DNA of 64,000 bases from Promethearchaeota archaeon. Lineage in GTDB: Archaea; Asgardarchaeota; Lokiarchaeia; Sigyniarchaeales; SOKP01. The notes under the pieces were generated by a model. It was not told the DNA's origin, did no database searches, and saw nothing but the letters and a program-made list of their open reading frames with translations. A program made the position numbers and the translations under genes. The stretch is taken from positions 64,001 to 128,000 of the forward strand of contig JALGVJ010000003.1 in NCBI GenBank assembly GCA_029838195.1, written 5' to 3'. Within the stretch, counting starts at the first letter, position 1. Every line of letters starts with the position of its first letter. Shown here one piece after another: positions 9,740 to 19,242 of the stretch.

Positions 9740-11149
9740 TTGGAAAATGATAACTTGAAAATTGATAATTTCGAGATTACTCATTCAAAATTACACATGG
9801 TATCATATGGATTTGGAGCTACCATCAATCAATTTTTTCAAATGGCCTTCTCTGCTCTGGGATTTTATTTTTATGAAGTAGAAATAGGATTAAATGTTTG
9901 GCTTACCAGTTTGGGGTATATAATCTTTGCAATATGGAATGCCATCAATGATCCTCTTAGTGGGTACCTAACAGACCGTCCATTTAAATTTACTCAAAAA
10001 TGGGGTCGCAGATTTCCTTGGATGCTCATCGGAGGCATTCCTTGGCTCTTTAGCTATATTTTAATTTTTTTCCCTCCTGATGTGGATCCTGATTCTGGAG
10101 CATTAATTCTTTTCATTTGGCTAGTTTTTACTACTTGCCTATTTGACACGTTCAATTCTTTATGGTGGGTAAATTTTTATTCATTATATCCCGACAAATT
10201 TCGCAGTGCGAGAGAAAGAAGAATTGCTGCGGGTATCATCACTCCCGTTGGCATTTTAGGCGTCGCTTTAGGAGGCATTATCCCTCCCTTGCTGATATCA
10301 TATGGTTCTAAGCAAACTTTTTTATATCAAGCGTTTGTTGTTGTAATGTTTAATGTAGTTTTTTTTTGTTTAGCCATTCCCGGCTGGAGAGATGATAAAG
10401 TAAATGTTGAGCGTTATTTAAAAAAATATAGAGAAAGTCAAAAAAATCAATCATTCGTGGAAGCCATAAAACTGTCCTTGAAACATAAAAACTTTAGAGT
10501 CTATATTATATTGAATATATTTTTTAGTGCCATGGGATTTTGTATACAAGCTTCAATTCCCTATGTCGTACGCTACGTGCTAGGCGCCAGTTCTAGTTCT
10601 CAAATAATTCTTCAAATAGCATTTCTCACTGGTTCTTTGGTATCAACTCCCCTTTGGATAAAATTTGCGAATAAAGTGAATAATAATCGAAAGGTTTTGA
10701 TTTTTTCGACTGTAATGATGATTATTTTTACCTTTCCCCTTTCATTTTTTACTGGTTTAATTTCTCTTTTCATTACCTTATTTTTATGGGGGTTTGCCTA
10801 TGGAGGGATGTGGAGTCTCATGCGCGCGTGCATTGCAGATGTTATTAATGAATCTATCGTGATTTCTGGAAAACGACAAGAAGGAGTCTATAATGGGATA
10901 ATGCAATTTTTTAGTCGTTTTGCTTTAATTCTTCAAGCTCTTACTTTTGCGATTATACATGGTCTTACGAATTTTGATGAAGAGGCGCCTATTCAATCCT
11001 CTGAGGCAATATGGGGTATCCAGCTTCATTTTGGCATCATTCCCATGATTTACATGATTATTGGAATTGCAGTATTTTGGAAATGGTATACACTTACTCC
11101 TTCTAAATTAAATTATTGTGAAATTAAAATAAGGGAAATGGGGCTCTAA
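9740..11149 (+). CDS. MFS transporter, glycoside-pentoside-hexuronide (MelB-like) family
   Basis: WNAINDPLSGYLTDR...KWGRRFPW and ADVINE...GKRQEGVY motifs; TTG start. Confidence 0.9.
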   Translation: MENDNLKIDNFEITHSKLHMVSYGFGATINQFFQMAFSALGFYFYEVEIGLNVWLTSLGYIIFAIWNAINDPLSGYLTDRPFKFTQKWGRRFPWMLIGGIPWLFSYILIFFPPDVDPDSGALILFIWLVFTTCLFDTFNSLWWVNFYSLYPDKFRSARERRIAAGIITPVGILGVALGGIIPPLLISYGSKQTFLYQAFVVVMFNVVFFCLAIPGWRDDKVNVERYLKKYRESQKNQSFVEAIKLSLKHKNFRVYIILNIFFSAMGFCIQASIPYVVRYVLGASSSSQIILQIAFLTGSLVSTPLWIKFANKVNNNRKVLIFSTVMMIIFTFPLSFFTGLISLFITLFLWGFAYGGMWSLMRACIADVINESIVISGKRQEGVYNGIMQFFSRFALILQALTFAIIHGLTNFDEEAPIQSSEAIWGIQLHFGIIPMIYMIIGIAVFWKWYTLTPSKLNYCEIKIREMGL

Positions 11150-11243
11150 TTAAAGAACCAAGCTTCTTGTTTACATTATAAAGAGGCATGGATTTTTTTT
11201 CAAGTAAGAGACCATGTATTTTTAATATTTTTTTGTTCTTAGC

Positions 11244-11507
11244 TTAATTTTTGGGAGTTAAATCATGAAATAATAGTATAGCAAGAAAAGCAGAAAAATA
11301 AAGAATTAGAGGGATTGAAGCCATTAAAATTAGTATTTCAAAGAGTGCGAAGGGTGCTTGAGTAGGGGTTCCGGATTGATAATGCGTCAGCTCATGAATG
11401 AAGGCAATTATTGTTGATGTTCGAATCCGCATGATGCTCACGTCCCTCTTTTTTATGAAATAGAAAAGCATTAAAAGAAGGAAATAAAAGATCAAACAAA
11501 CAAACAA
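11244..11507 (-). pseudogene. short hydrophobic ORF with HExxH; probable remnant of a membrane zinc peptidase
   Basis: 87 aa with FIHELTHY between hydrophobic segments. Its 5' half is the duplicated 127-bp repeat. Confidence 0.35.
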
Positions 11508-11530
11508 TAAAAAAACACAAAACTTAAGTT
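11404..11530. repeat. direct repeat copy 2 (partner of 6302-6428)
   Basis: gcaattattgttgatgt...cttaagtt is shared, in the same orientation. Confidence 0.9.
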
Positions 11531-11582
11531 GTTTAATTTAAAAAGGGTTCTTTAATGTAGATAGTGAATTTCACGTTTCAGT

Positions 11583-12185
11583 TTAACGCTTCTTTAATCT
11601 TTCAGCAATCAATTCGAGATATGATTTTCGAATGGATTGGTGTTCTTTAATCCCAAATTGAGCTAAGAAATTAAAAAGCATGGTACGTGCTTTTTCTAAT
11701 TCTTGTTCGTTTTCCACTAACATTTCAACTTCAATAAAATGTTCCTTTAAAATTGGAATATAATCAATTAAAACCTCAATTTTTTCTCCGTTAAAAATGA
11801 ATTCATAGAATTCTCGTTCTTTTTTTACCGTGAAAATCTCTCGAAAACCTAATGATTTAAGAATGGTTTTCATGATTTCTCCATCTTGTACTTGGGTTTC
11901 CCATTCATTTCTTGTTTTGGTCGTAGAGTCTATTTTTCTTCCTTTGTAAGTAATGAAAAAATTAATTTTTGGGGTGCTTTTACCCTCATTAGAGGGATCA
12001 AATTCCATTGACTTGCGAATTCTTAGAGCCTCATCGGTTTTTCTAAAATCCCTTAGCTTTAAAGGCATGTTAAAATAAGTATCTTCATGATAAAGCGTGA
12101 GAACATGTTTGCCATGGAAATTCCGAAATTTATTTTTCATTTCTTCTGGATCTGAGATTTTCACTTTTATCTCTGCTTCAATCAA
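11583..12185 (-). CDS. cyaB: CYTH-family protein (class IV adenylate cyclase CyaB-like)
   Basis: N-terminal ExExK (IEAEIKVK), DTYF, EALRIR, ITYKG, VKKERE and FIEVE. Confidence 0.88.
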   Translation of the reverse strand: MIEAEIKVKISDPEEMKNKFRNFHGKHVLTLYHEDTYFNMPLKLRDFRKTDEALRIRKSMEFDPSNEGKSTPKINFFITYKGRKIDSTTKTRNEWETQVQDGEIMKTILKSLGFREIFTVKKEREFYEFIFNGEKIEVLIDYIPILKEHFIEVEMLVENEQELEKARTMLFNFLAQFGIKEHQSIRKSYLELIAERLKKR

Positions 12186-12303
12186 GGGGCATGTACTCTT
12201 ATTTTAATTTTTTATAATAAGTATGTAAGATTAATAAATATAAAAAATACTTTAGTTTCAAAAAACATTAGGATAAAGGGAAATTATCATTAATCTACGA
12301 GAG

Positions 12304-13239
12304 TTGGTTAAGAAATATGGGTATTTAGAGTATATGATTAAAAGATACATCGATTTTTTAGGGGAGCATGATACTTTAAAATTACTTGAAGCTAATGAAA
12401 CGCCTCTCACGCCATCCATCCGTGTAAATACCTTAAAAATAACACCAGAGCAATTAAAAACAAGACTGGAAAAAAAAGGGTTTCAATTGGAAAGGGTTGA
12501 ATGGATATCCCATGCATTTAAAGTAAAAAAAGAAACCCTTAATTTAGGCTCTACTCATGAATATTTAAAGGGTTATTATTACATTCAAAATGTAACATCG
12601 ATGCTTCCATCCTTAATTTTAAATCCACGACCCAATCAACTCGTGATTGATATGGCGGCAGCGCCAGGAGGAAAAGGAACTCACCTTGCTCAATTAATGA
12701 ATAATCAAGGAACTTTAATTTTGATAGATCGTAATAGAAAGAGAATTCTTTCCCTTGAAATGAATATTAGACGATTGGGAGTCACCAATGCCATGATTCT
12801 TCATCAAGATTCCATCCTATTATCAAAATTAAATGTTATGGCTGATAAGATCTTACTGGATGCACCTTGTACGGGAGAAGGGTTAATTAGAATTGACAAA
12901 ACTCGAAAAAAGAGTAAAAAAATGAGTCATCTTAAAAAAATGAACACTATTCAGAAAACATTATTAAAAGAAGGGCTATCCTGCTTAAAGAAGGGAGGGC
13001 ACTTAATATATAGCACGTGTTCCATTGCTCCCGAAGAAAATGAACTTGTCATTAATGCGATATTAAAAAATCAACCAAATTTTAAAATTGAAAAAATTTC
13101 CAAGCAATACGGGGTAGAAGGATTGACAAGCGTCTATGGAGAAACACTTTTACCGGATTTAAAACATGCTCAACGTTTTTATCCCCATGTTCATGATACG
13201 ATTGGTTTTTTTATTTGCTTAATTAGGAGGAGGTCATGA
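12304..13239 (+). CDS. NOL1/NOP2/Sun family RNA m5C methyltransferase
   Basis: DMAAAPGGKGT, LLDAPCTGEG, YSTCSIAPEENE and GFFI. Confidence 0.93.
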   Translation: MVKKYGYLEYMIKRYIDFLGEHDTLKLLEANETPLTPSIRVNTLKITPEQLKTRLEKKGFQLERVEWISHAFKVKKETLNLGSTHEYLKGYYYIQNVTSMLPSLILNPRPNQLVIDMAAAPGGKGTHLAQLMNNQGTLILIDRNRKRILSLEMNIRRLGVTNAMILHQDSILLSKLNVMADKILLDAPCTGEGLIRIDKTRKKSKKMSHLKKMNTIQKTLLKEGLSCLKKGGHLIYSTCSIAPEENELVINAILKNQPNFKIEKISKQYGVEGLTSVYGETLLPDLKHAQRFYPHVHDTIGFFICLIRRRS

Positions 13240-13267
13240 ACGAAAAATATTAAATTAAGGTCGCATT

Positions 13268-13855
13268 CTACTTTTCTCGTCGAATATAATAGCCTTTATC
13301 AATTAGATTTAAAGCCACGATTTCATCTTTATTCGCAACCATGAAAGATGCGTGATCTTTCTTTAAGCGTGCCATTGCTAACAATTCATCGTTTTCATTT
13401 AAGACCAAGGCTATTTTAGTTTTCATTTTGGAATATTGAAGTTCCAGAATCATGCCTTTTTTAATGGGATTCCCATATAAAATCGATTTTTCTCCGTTTT
13501 CGGTAACTATTATCTTGTTTAAATGTCCGAATAGCTGACGCTGATACAAGAATTCCATTCCCTCTAAGCTCATGAAAAATTTACCCTTATTAATAAATCC
13601 AAAATAAATTCCGGAAGAAATTATTTCGCTTTTTTTACGAAAATCTTCTACTTTGGCTACTAAATCATGCGGAACTAAATAAACTCGAGGGGAATTTTTC
13701 TCGGTTCTAAGAGGAGATAGAGAAAAATATATCTTATACCCAAGATTTGAAATCGTTGATACAATATCATCAATGATATTGGAACTGGAGGTATTTAGTA
13801 TTTCTGCCTCAATTTTATTAAGAGGTCGAAAGGTGCTAGTCAAATACTCCACCAT
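13268..13855 (-). CDS. NIP7-like ribosome biogenesis protein (PUA domain)
   Basis: FRPL at the N-terminus, SSGIYFG, GEKSILYG and C-terminal DKGYYIRRE; adjacent to the NOP2 homolog. Confidence 0.75.
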   Translation of the reverse strand: MVEYLTSTFRPLNKIEAEILNTSSSNIIDDIVSTISNLGYKIYFSLSPLRTEKNSPRVYLVPHDLVAKVEDFRKKSEIISSGIYFGFINKGKFFMSLEGMEFLYQRQLFGHLNKIIVTENGEKSILYGNPIKKGMILELQYSKMKTKIALVLNENDELLAMARLKKDHASFMVANKDEIVALNLIDKGYYIRREK

Positions 13856-13927
13856 GATTTAAAATTAAATACATGAATTTTTATATTAATACTACATGAA
13901 ATAATAAAAAAATTTGAGATATGAACC

Positions 13928-14644
13928 ATGGGCTTAAAAAAAATTGATGATGAAATTGATTTCAAAGAAGCCATGCGAAAAAAAGCTGCTGAGTTAAAAA
14001 TAAAAGAGATTCAATCCAAAGCTAGAGTGGAAAATTTAACAAAAGAGCGGCTGGCTGAACTTGCTAAAAAGCATGGAGTCCTTCTTGCTCTTACCCCAGA
14101 ATTGAAGGAGGAGGTTAAATATCTACAAGAAAAATATAATATTCCTTCTTCAAGAATTATTACGGAACAACTTAAAGAAGAAGATGTCATTGGACGGTTT
14201 TCTCGCATTGATCATGAAAAATTAGGAATGCTGGCCTATCAGAGAGTTTTATTGCGGAAAGAAGAAATAGGAGTTGGCCTCATTCCCATATCAGAAGTTT
14301 ATGATTTGGTGAATACTGGCCCTCTAAAAGGGATCTTAGACATCAAGGATGTGATTAAAGCAATGAATACCTTAAAAAAGAATAAAGTAATCGAAGACGT
14401 GAAAAAATTGGAATCAGGAGTAATCATGGTGCAATTCTTTCCAATTCAATACACGAGCGATGAAGTCAAGGTAATAGAATTAGCAAGAGAAAAAGGTTAT
14501 TTATCTTTAGAAGAGGTATGTTCAACTTTAAACTGGTCGCAAGATAGGGCTTTACGGACGCTTCAATCATTGGAAAATAGTGGACTTGCGAAATTCAGAG
14601 ACCACATTATAAAAGGAAAACAATGGTATTTTCCCTCTATTTAG
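13928..14644 (+). CDS. ESCRT-II Vps22/Vps36-like (EAP30) protein
   Basis: The C-terminal winged helix VIELAREKGYLSLEEVCSTLNWSQDRALRTLQSLENSGLA...WYFP matches the Vps22/SNF8 pattern; lies in the ESCRT cluster. Confidence 0.88.
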   Translation: MGLKKIDDEIDFKEAMRKKAAELKIKEIQSKARVENLTKERLAELAKKHGVLLALTPELKEEVKYLQEKYNIPSSRIITEQLKEEDVIGRFSRIDHEKLGMLAYQRVLLRKEEIGVGLIPISEVYDLVNTGPLKGILDIKDVIKAMNTLKKNKVIEDVKKLESGVIMVQFFPIQYTSDEVKVIELAREKGYLSLEEVCSTLNWSQDRALRTLQSLENSGLAKFRDHIIKGKQWYFPSI

Positions 14645-14665
14645 TTTTTGAAAAGAGTCTTTTTC

Positions 14666-15553
14666 TTAATCAATTTCTATTTTTAAAGCTTGACGGCCAC
14701 TCGCAAGCTTGATAATTACTGCTTTCTTGTTTTTTGCCAGCATTTTAAAGATTTCATTGATATCTTCTTGGGGAAGCGTGCTAAACTCCTTATTGGCTTC
14801 TCGAATTTCATGAATTAAAATGGGTTCTAGCTTTCCAAGTTCCAGCGCCCAATCGTAGATCTCCTCTGCCCAAGAATCGAGACTCTTCCAATATATTCGA
14901 ACTTTATCTCTCTTTTTAGAAAGCCATTTTGCAAGATCCTGGTCAATTAACTCTTCAATAATCTCATCAATCGCTTGCTTTCTATTTTGAAATTTGGAAA
15001 ATGGTTTTTCAGCATAAAGCTGTTTCAAATATAAAATATGAAGAACTGCGTATCTTGAATAATCAAATAATACCTTTGCCCATTCTTCTCGCCATGACTG
15101 ATAATCATTGGGATTTTTCTTCTTGTTTGGAATGGAGTACATGAATTCATATCTCGGCTCTTCCAACCACGGATAATCTCTTTTTAAAAACTCATAGGGT
15201 TCTAATTCTTTTTCTATTAACCCGGTCTCTCCAATAATTTCTTTTTCTAATGCATTTAACTCAGATTCCACGAAATCCGTATGCGGTTCATAAGTCTTTT
15301 GATCCTCCAGAACTAACTGCCCGCTTAACACGTTTTCAATTTTCTTTAAACGCCCCTCAATTTCTTCATAGCCCCCTGAGCTGCTCTCTTTCGGAGAAAT
15401 TTCATCTCGAGACTCCTGTTGCTTTAATAATTCTTTTTGCCTTTTAAGGGCTTTCAAGCGAGCAAGTTCTTCCCGCAATCGAGCAATTTCATTCTCAGTT
15501 TTTTCCCTTAAATCTTTAGAAATTACCTTAATTTGTTTTTTTTGCCTTTCCAT
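14666..15553 (-). CDS. ESCRT-II Vps25-like protein with N-terminal coiled coil
   Basis: WREEWAKVLFDYSR and IYWKSLDSWAEEIYDWA match the Vps25 WH1/WH2 pattern; directly downstream of vps4. Confidence 0.88.
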   Translation of the reverse strand: MERQKKQIKVISKDLREKTENEIARLREELARLKALKRQKELLKQQESRDEISPKESSSGGYEEIEGRLKKIENVLSGQLVLEDQKTYEPHTDFVESELNALEKEIIGETGLIEKELEPYEFLKRDYPWLEEPRYEFMYSIPNKKKNPNDYQSWREEWAKVLFDYSRYAVLHILYLKQLYAEKPFSKFQNRKQAIDEIIEELIDQDLAKWLSKKRDKVRIYWKSLDSWAEEIYDWALELGKLEPILIHEIREANKEFSTLPQEDINEIFKMLAKNKKAVIIKLASGRQALKIEID

Positions 15554-15593
15554 TTTTCATTCCTTTTTTTAACATGATTTCTTTCAAATTCAG

Positions 15594-16811
15594 TTATTGC
15601 TCGCCAAACTCTTCAGCCCATTTTTCATATTCTTCTAAATCCTTCTTGGTGGTCATGGGCTTTACTTTTTTCATGGTGTTCAAGAAATCTTCTAAAACTA
15701 AATCCCTTACCTTAATTTCCTTACTCGAATCTTCTAAAAGCCCTTTCATGTCTAATTCTCGAATGGGAATCATTATTACTTCTCTACACACGTTTGAAAT
15801 ATCTCGTCCGCTGTATCCCTCTGATCTGACGGCTAATTCTATAAAATCATCGTCAGTTAACGCCATGTTAACGCCAGCCGTATGAATTCTAAAAATAGCG
15901 GCTCTGGCTTCTAAATCAGGAAGAGGAACGTATACTTTTTTCTGAAATCTACTTAGCATGGCATTATCTATATCCCATGGACGATTAGTGGCCCCTAATG
16001 TCAACAACACTTTCTCCGCAGTCGATTTTACTCCTTGAATTTCACTAAGTAATTGGGTTTTTACCCTCCTCTCTCCCCCACTTTCGGATCCCGTACCTCT
16101 CTTGGTCGCAATAGAGTCAATCTCATCAATAAAAATCAAGCTAGGGGCTTTGATTTTCGCCACTCTAAATAGGGCACTTATTAATTTCTCACTCTCTCCT
16201 AACCACTTGCTTAATAAATCTGCAGATGACACGCTGAAAAAGGTCGCTTTACATTCCGTTGCTGCGGCTTTTGCTAACAGTGTTTTTCCACAACCGGGAG
16301 GACCAAATAATAAAATACCGGACCATGGCTTTCTTGCACCGATAAATAATTCTGGTCGGATGATGGGCAATACGATGGCTTCTCGCAAATTTTGCTTCAC
16401 GTTTTCTAACCCCGCAATATCATTCCATCGGACGTTGGGTGATTCAGTGAGAATCGTACCAGAAATCATGTTAATGATTTCTTGCTGTTCCTCTGAATAC
16501 ATGCCCTCATCCGTAGCTAATTTATCATCTTCCGCCTTACCGGAAGCCGCCGCCGTACCGGAATGCCTGGCTTTCGGACCACTCAGTTTCATTTTAATCT
16601 GCTTGGCACGTTCCAAGTATTCTTGTATAGTAGCCTCACAACGCTTTCTCATGATGGGATTCTTATTATATTTGGTGAATTCTATGAGGATCTCGGCAGC
16701 ACGGAAATATTTATTCATTGCTTCCCTATACTGTCCTTTTGCATCCAAAGCCACCGCTGCATTTGCCTCCTGCTTGGCATATAACAACAATCTAGAGTCA
16801 GAACTGCTCAT
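15594..16811 (-). CDS. vps4: Vps4 AAA+ ATPase
   Basis: MIT domain, PNVRWNDIAG, GPPGCGKT, SKWLGESEK pore loop, FIDEID, GATNRPWDID and C-terminal YEKWAEEFG. Confidence 0.96.
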   Translation of the reverse strand: MSSSDSRLLLYAKQEANAAVALDAKGQYREAMNKYFRAAEILIEFTKYNKNPIMRKRCEATIQEYLERAKQIKMKLSGPKARHSGTAAASGKAEDDKLATDEGMYSEEQQEIINMISGTILTESPNVRWNDIAGLENVKQNLREAIVLPIIRPELFIGARKPWSGILLFGPPGCGKTLLAKAAATECKATFFSVSSADLLSKWLGESEKLISALFRVAKIKAPSLIFIDEIDSIATKRGTGSESGGERRVKTQLLSEIQGVKSTAEKVLLTLGATNRPWDIDNAMLSRFQKKVYVPLPDLEARAAIFRIHTAGVNMALTDDDFIELAVRSEGYSGRDISNVCREVIMIPIRELDMKGLLEDSSKEIKVRDLVLEDFLNTMKKVKPMTTKKDLEEYEKWAEEFGEQ

Positions 16812-17117
16812 TTTTAACCCTCAATTTGATTTTTTCCATTCCATACTTCTACTTATTTTAAATAAGAAAATCTTGATATTTATACCTATTTTTTGAAATA
16901 TTCATGTCAAGAAAGTTATACTTTACTAAGATCAAACTCTATTTCAAATTTATCTCCCCAAAACCCTCCTTTCTCACATGAAAATCGGACTCATTAAAAT
17001 TAAATATCTTAAATTTCTTCTTTTCTATAAATATATTTTAATAAAATACTTTATATTTTTAATAGAGTCATGAAATATTTTTTACACGTGCATATTAAAA
17101 ATAACCTTTACAATAAT

Positions 17118-17123
17118 GGTGAT
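17118..17123 (+). promoter_or_regulatory. Shine-Dalgarno-like GGTGAT upstream of the proposed ATA start
   Basis: GGTGAT ends 5 nt before ATA 17129. Confidence 0.6.
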
Positions 17124-17128
17124 GAGAT

Positions 17129-17758
17129 ATAGGATTTTTAAAAGATTTAAGCAATTGGCTCTCTGGAGGTAGAGGAAAAACCGATTCCGTCCGTTCCGCC
17201 GCCATCAAGTTAAAAGTGTTCAACAAGCGATTGGCTCGGCAAGCAAAAAAACTCGAAATGAGCGCAAAACTTGCAAGAGATAAAGCCGTCCGATTACGGC
17301 GAGAAGGAGATCTAGAAGGCTCTAAATTCCATGCCCGTAATTACCTGCAAGTCAAAAAACAGGCCAGAGCCATTGAAGTATTTAGAACTAACCTCGAAGG
17401 ACTTCAATTCAAGCTAGAACAAGCAAACGCCATTAGTGATGTCTCCCAAATCATGGGGGGTATCGCCCAATCCTTAGCTCGATTAAAAGCAAGCTTATCT
17501 CTCCCTCAACTCACGGAAATCATGAAAAATGTCCAGGTGGACATGGAAGATTTTGCGATCACTACTGATATCGCTAGTGAAGGCATGGACGAGATTACTT
17601 TGGACACGGCAGTTACGGATAGTGATGTGGACGAGGTTTTGGGTGAAATTGATGCGGAAATCGGCGTGGAAATGGGAACTGCCCTTCCAACAGTAAAAGG
17701 CGATGAAAAGATAGCTGATTTGGAAAAAGAATTAAACCGCTTGAAGTCAAGAGATTAG
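17129..17758 (+). CDS. ESCRT-III (Vps2/24/46-like); probable ATA start at 17129 (ORF track starts at GTG 17216)
   Basis: Snf7-fold charge pattern (basic N-half, acidic C-half) and a MIM1-like end (ADLEKELNRLK). The frame is open back to ATA 17129, which follows GGTGAT. Confidence 0.9.
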   Translation: MGFLKDLSNWLSGGRGKTDSVRSAAIKLKVFNKRLARQAKKLEMSAKLARDKAVRLRREGDLEGSKFHARNYLQVKKQARAIEVFRTNLEGLQFKLEQANAISDVSQIMGGIAQSLARLKASLSLPQLTEIMKNVQVDMEDFAITTDIASEGMDEITLDTAVTDSDVDEVLGEIDAEIGVEMGTALPTVKGDEKIADLEKELNRLKSRD

Positions 17759-17893
17759 AAACTTATTATGTTTTTGCTTACAATAAAGATACCATGCGCA
17801 ACTGGGTTAAAGACCAGAATTTTTTTAAATTAATTATTATTTGTTTTAATGCCCCGTATTCACTCATTTAATAGATAAATTGGAGAAAAAGGC

Positions 17894-18907
17894 ATGACAT
17901 TCGAGGTTGTCGCCATAGGAAGCTGCACGCTTGATTGCATCATTAAAGTGAGCGATATCTTGCGCTTTGAATTATTCGAGAAAAATATCACCAAAAAATA
18001 CACGGCAATAGAATATAGCCAAAAACTTAACTTGGAAAAAATTACTTTCATACCGGGAGGGTCGGGCGCAAATATCGCTTGTAATTGTGCCATGCTCGGA
18101 TTAAAAAGTGCATATATCGGCGTGCTTGGTAAGGATTTTTCCGCTCAAATCTGCCTTGAAGACATGAAAAAAAGAAGGGTCGATCTCTCACAAGTCAAAC
18201 AAGTAGAGAATGAAAAAACTGCTTTTTCTGTCATTTTAAAATCAGAATGGGGGAAAGATCGCAGCATTTTAGCCTATAAAGGGGCAAATAATTTACTCCA
18301 ACCCTCCGATATCAAGGACGAATTGTTTGCCGATATAAAAGCTTTTGCCTGGACCTCTCTCACGTCAGAAAATGGGTGTAAAGCAATTGATAAAGCCATC
18401 TCTCTTACTAAAAAATATGGTAGCAAAGTCTATGCGGCTCCCAGCATATCCATCATTAAAAATAATCCAAAATGGGCCCGCACGCTAATTTCTAAATCCG
18501 ATGTAGTATCATTTAATCTAGAAGAAGCCCGTGAATTTACCGGGGAAAAAGAATATCATGATATTATAAATCACGTGTTAAACCTGGGATCTCAATTAGT
18601 TTCAATTACCGATGGTTCGAATGGATCTTATCTTTCCAATGGAGAGGAAACCATCCGAAGCGGCGTGTATGAAGTGGAAGTGCAAGATACCACAGGAGCG
18701 GGGGATGCTTTTATGAGCGGCATCATTATCTCCACGCTAAATGGCTACCCCCTTAAAAAAATAGCTCAATTTGCCTCTGCAATGTCGGCTATGGAATGCC
18801 AAGAATTAGGTGTGAGAGAAGGAATTCCAAGCACCTTCGAGGAGTTAAAAAAATTCACGGAAACCCATGAATTAAAACAATACTCCCATCTAATCCATGA
18901 AGAATAG
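17894..18907 (+). CDS. PfkB/ribokinase family carbohydrate kinase
   Basis: PGGSGANIA and DTTGAGDAF signatures. Confidence 0.92.
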   Translation: MTFEVVAIGSCTLDCIIKVSDILRFELFEKNITKKYTAIEYSQKLNLEKITFIPGGSGANIACNCAMLGLKSAYIGVLGKDFSAQICLEDMKKRRVDLSQVKQVENEKTAFSVILKSEWGKDRSILAYKGANNLLQPSDIKDELFADIKAFAWTSLTSENGCKAIDKAISLTKKYGSKVYAAPSISIIKNNPKWARTLISKSDVVSFNLEEAREFTGEKEYHDIINHVLNLGSQLVSITDGSNGSYLSNGEETIRSGVYEVEVQDTTGAGDAFMSGIIISTLNGYPLKKIAQFASAMSAMECQELGVREGIPSTFEELKKFTETHELKQYSHLIHEE

Positions 18908-19109
18908 TTTTCATGAAAAATCATTCTCACCTTTTCATCAAGTTTTACCATTAATAAGTACTCATGAAAAACTCTTCCTTAAATTATAATTCCATTTTAT
19001 TATACACCTTATTTGAAATGGGTTCTATTTTTCTCGCTATTCTTCTCGCCTTCCAAGAGGATAAATTTTATCTTTTTTCCTTCGTTTAATGATCATGTTG
19101 TAAAAAAAT

Positions 19110-19242
19110 GCGCTCTTAGTATAGTGATTAGCGAGCTCCTCGCTGATCATGGAATGGTTAGTATGCCAGGTTGCCAACCTGGCGACCCGGGTTCAATTCC
19201 GGAGGCTTTTTTCAAACATCGGTGAAAACCCCGGAGGGCGCA
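19110..19242 (+). tRNA. tRNA-Gly(GCC) with two introns (19125-19154 at 15/16; 19198-19228 at 59/60)
   Basis: Acceptor stem GCGCTCT/AGGGCGC, anticodon arm CCAGG-TTGCCAA-CCTGG and T stem CCGGG/CCCGG. Removing both inserts gives a 72-nt cloverleaf. Confidence 0.92.

Noticed and set aside
6302-11530. The repeat pair as a diversity-generating retroelement TR/VR
   Set aside because: Only 6 of the 14 mismatches fall at adenines of one copy, the others are mixed substitutions, and no reverse transcriptase is present in the window.
16102-16896. 264-aa plus-strand ORF
   Set aside because: It is an antisense shadow of vps4 with no motifs of its own.
19013-19225. 70-aa ORF (likewise the 71-aa ORF at 20932-21147)
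   Set aside because: Both overlap tRNA genes and are spurious.
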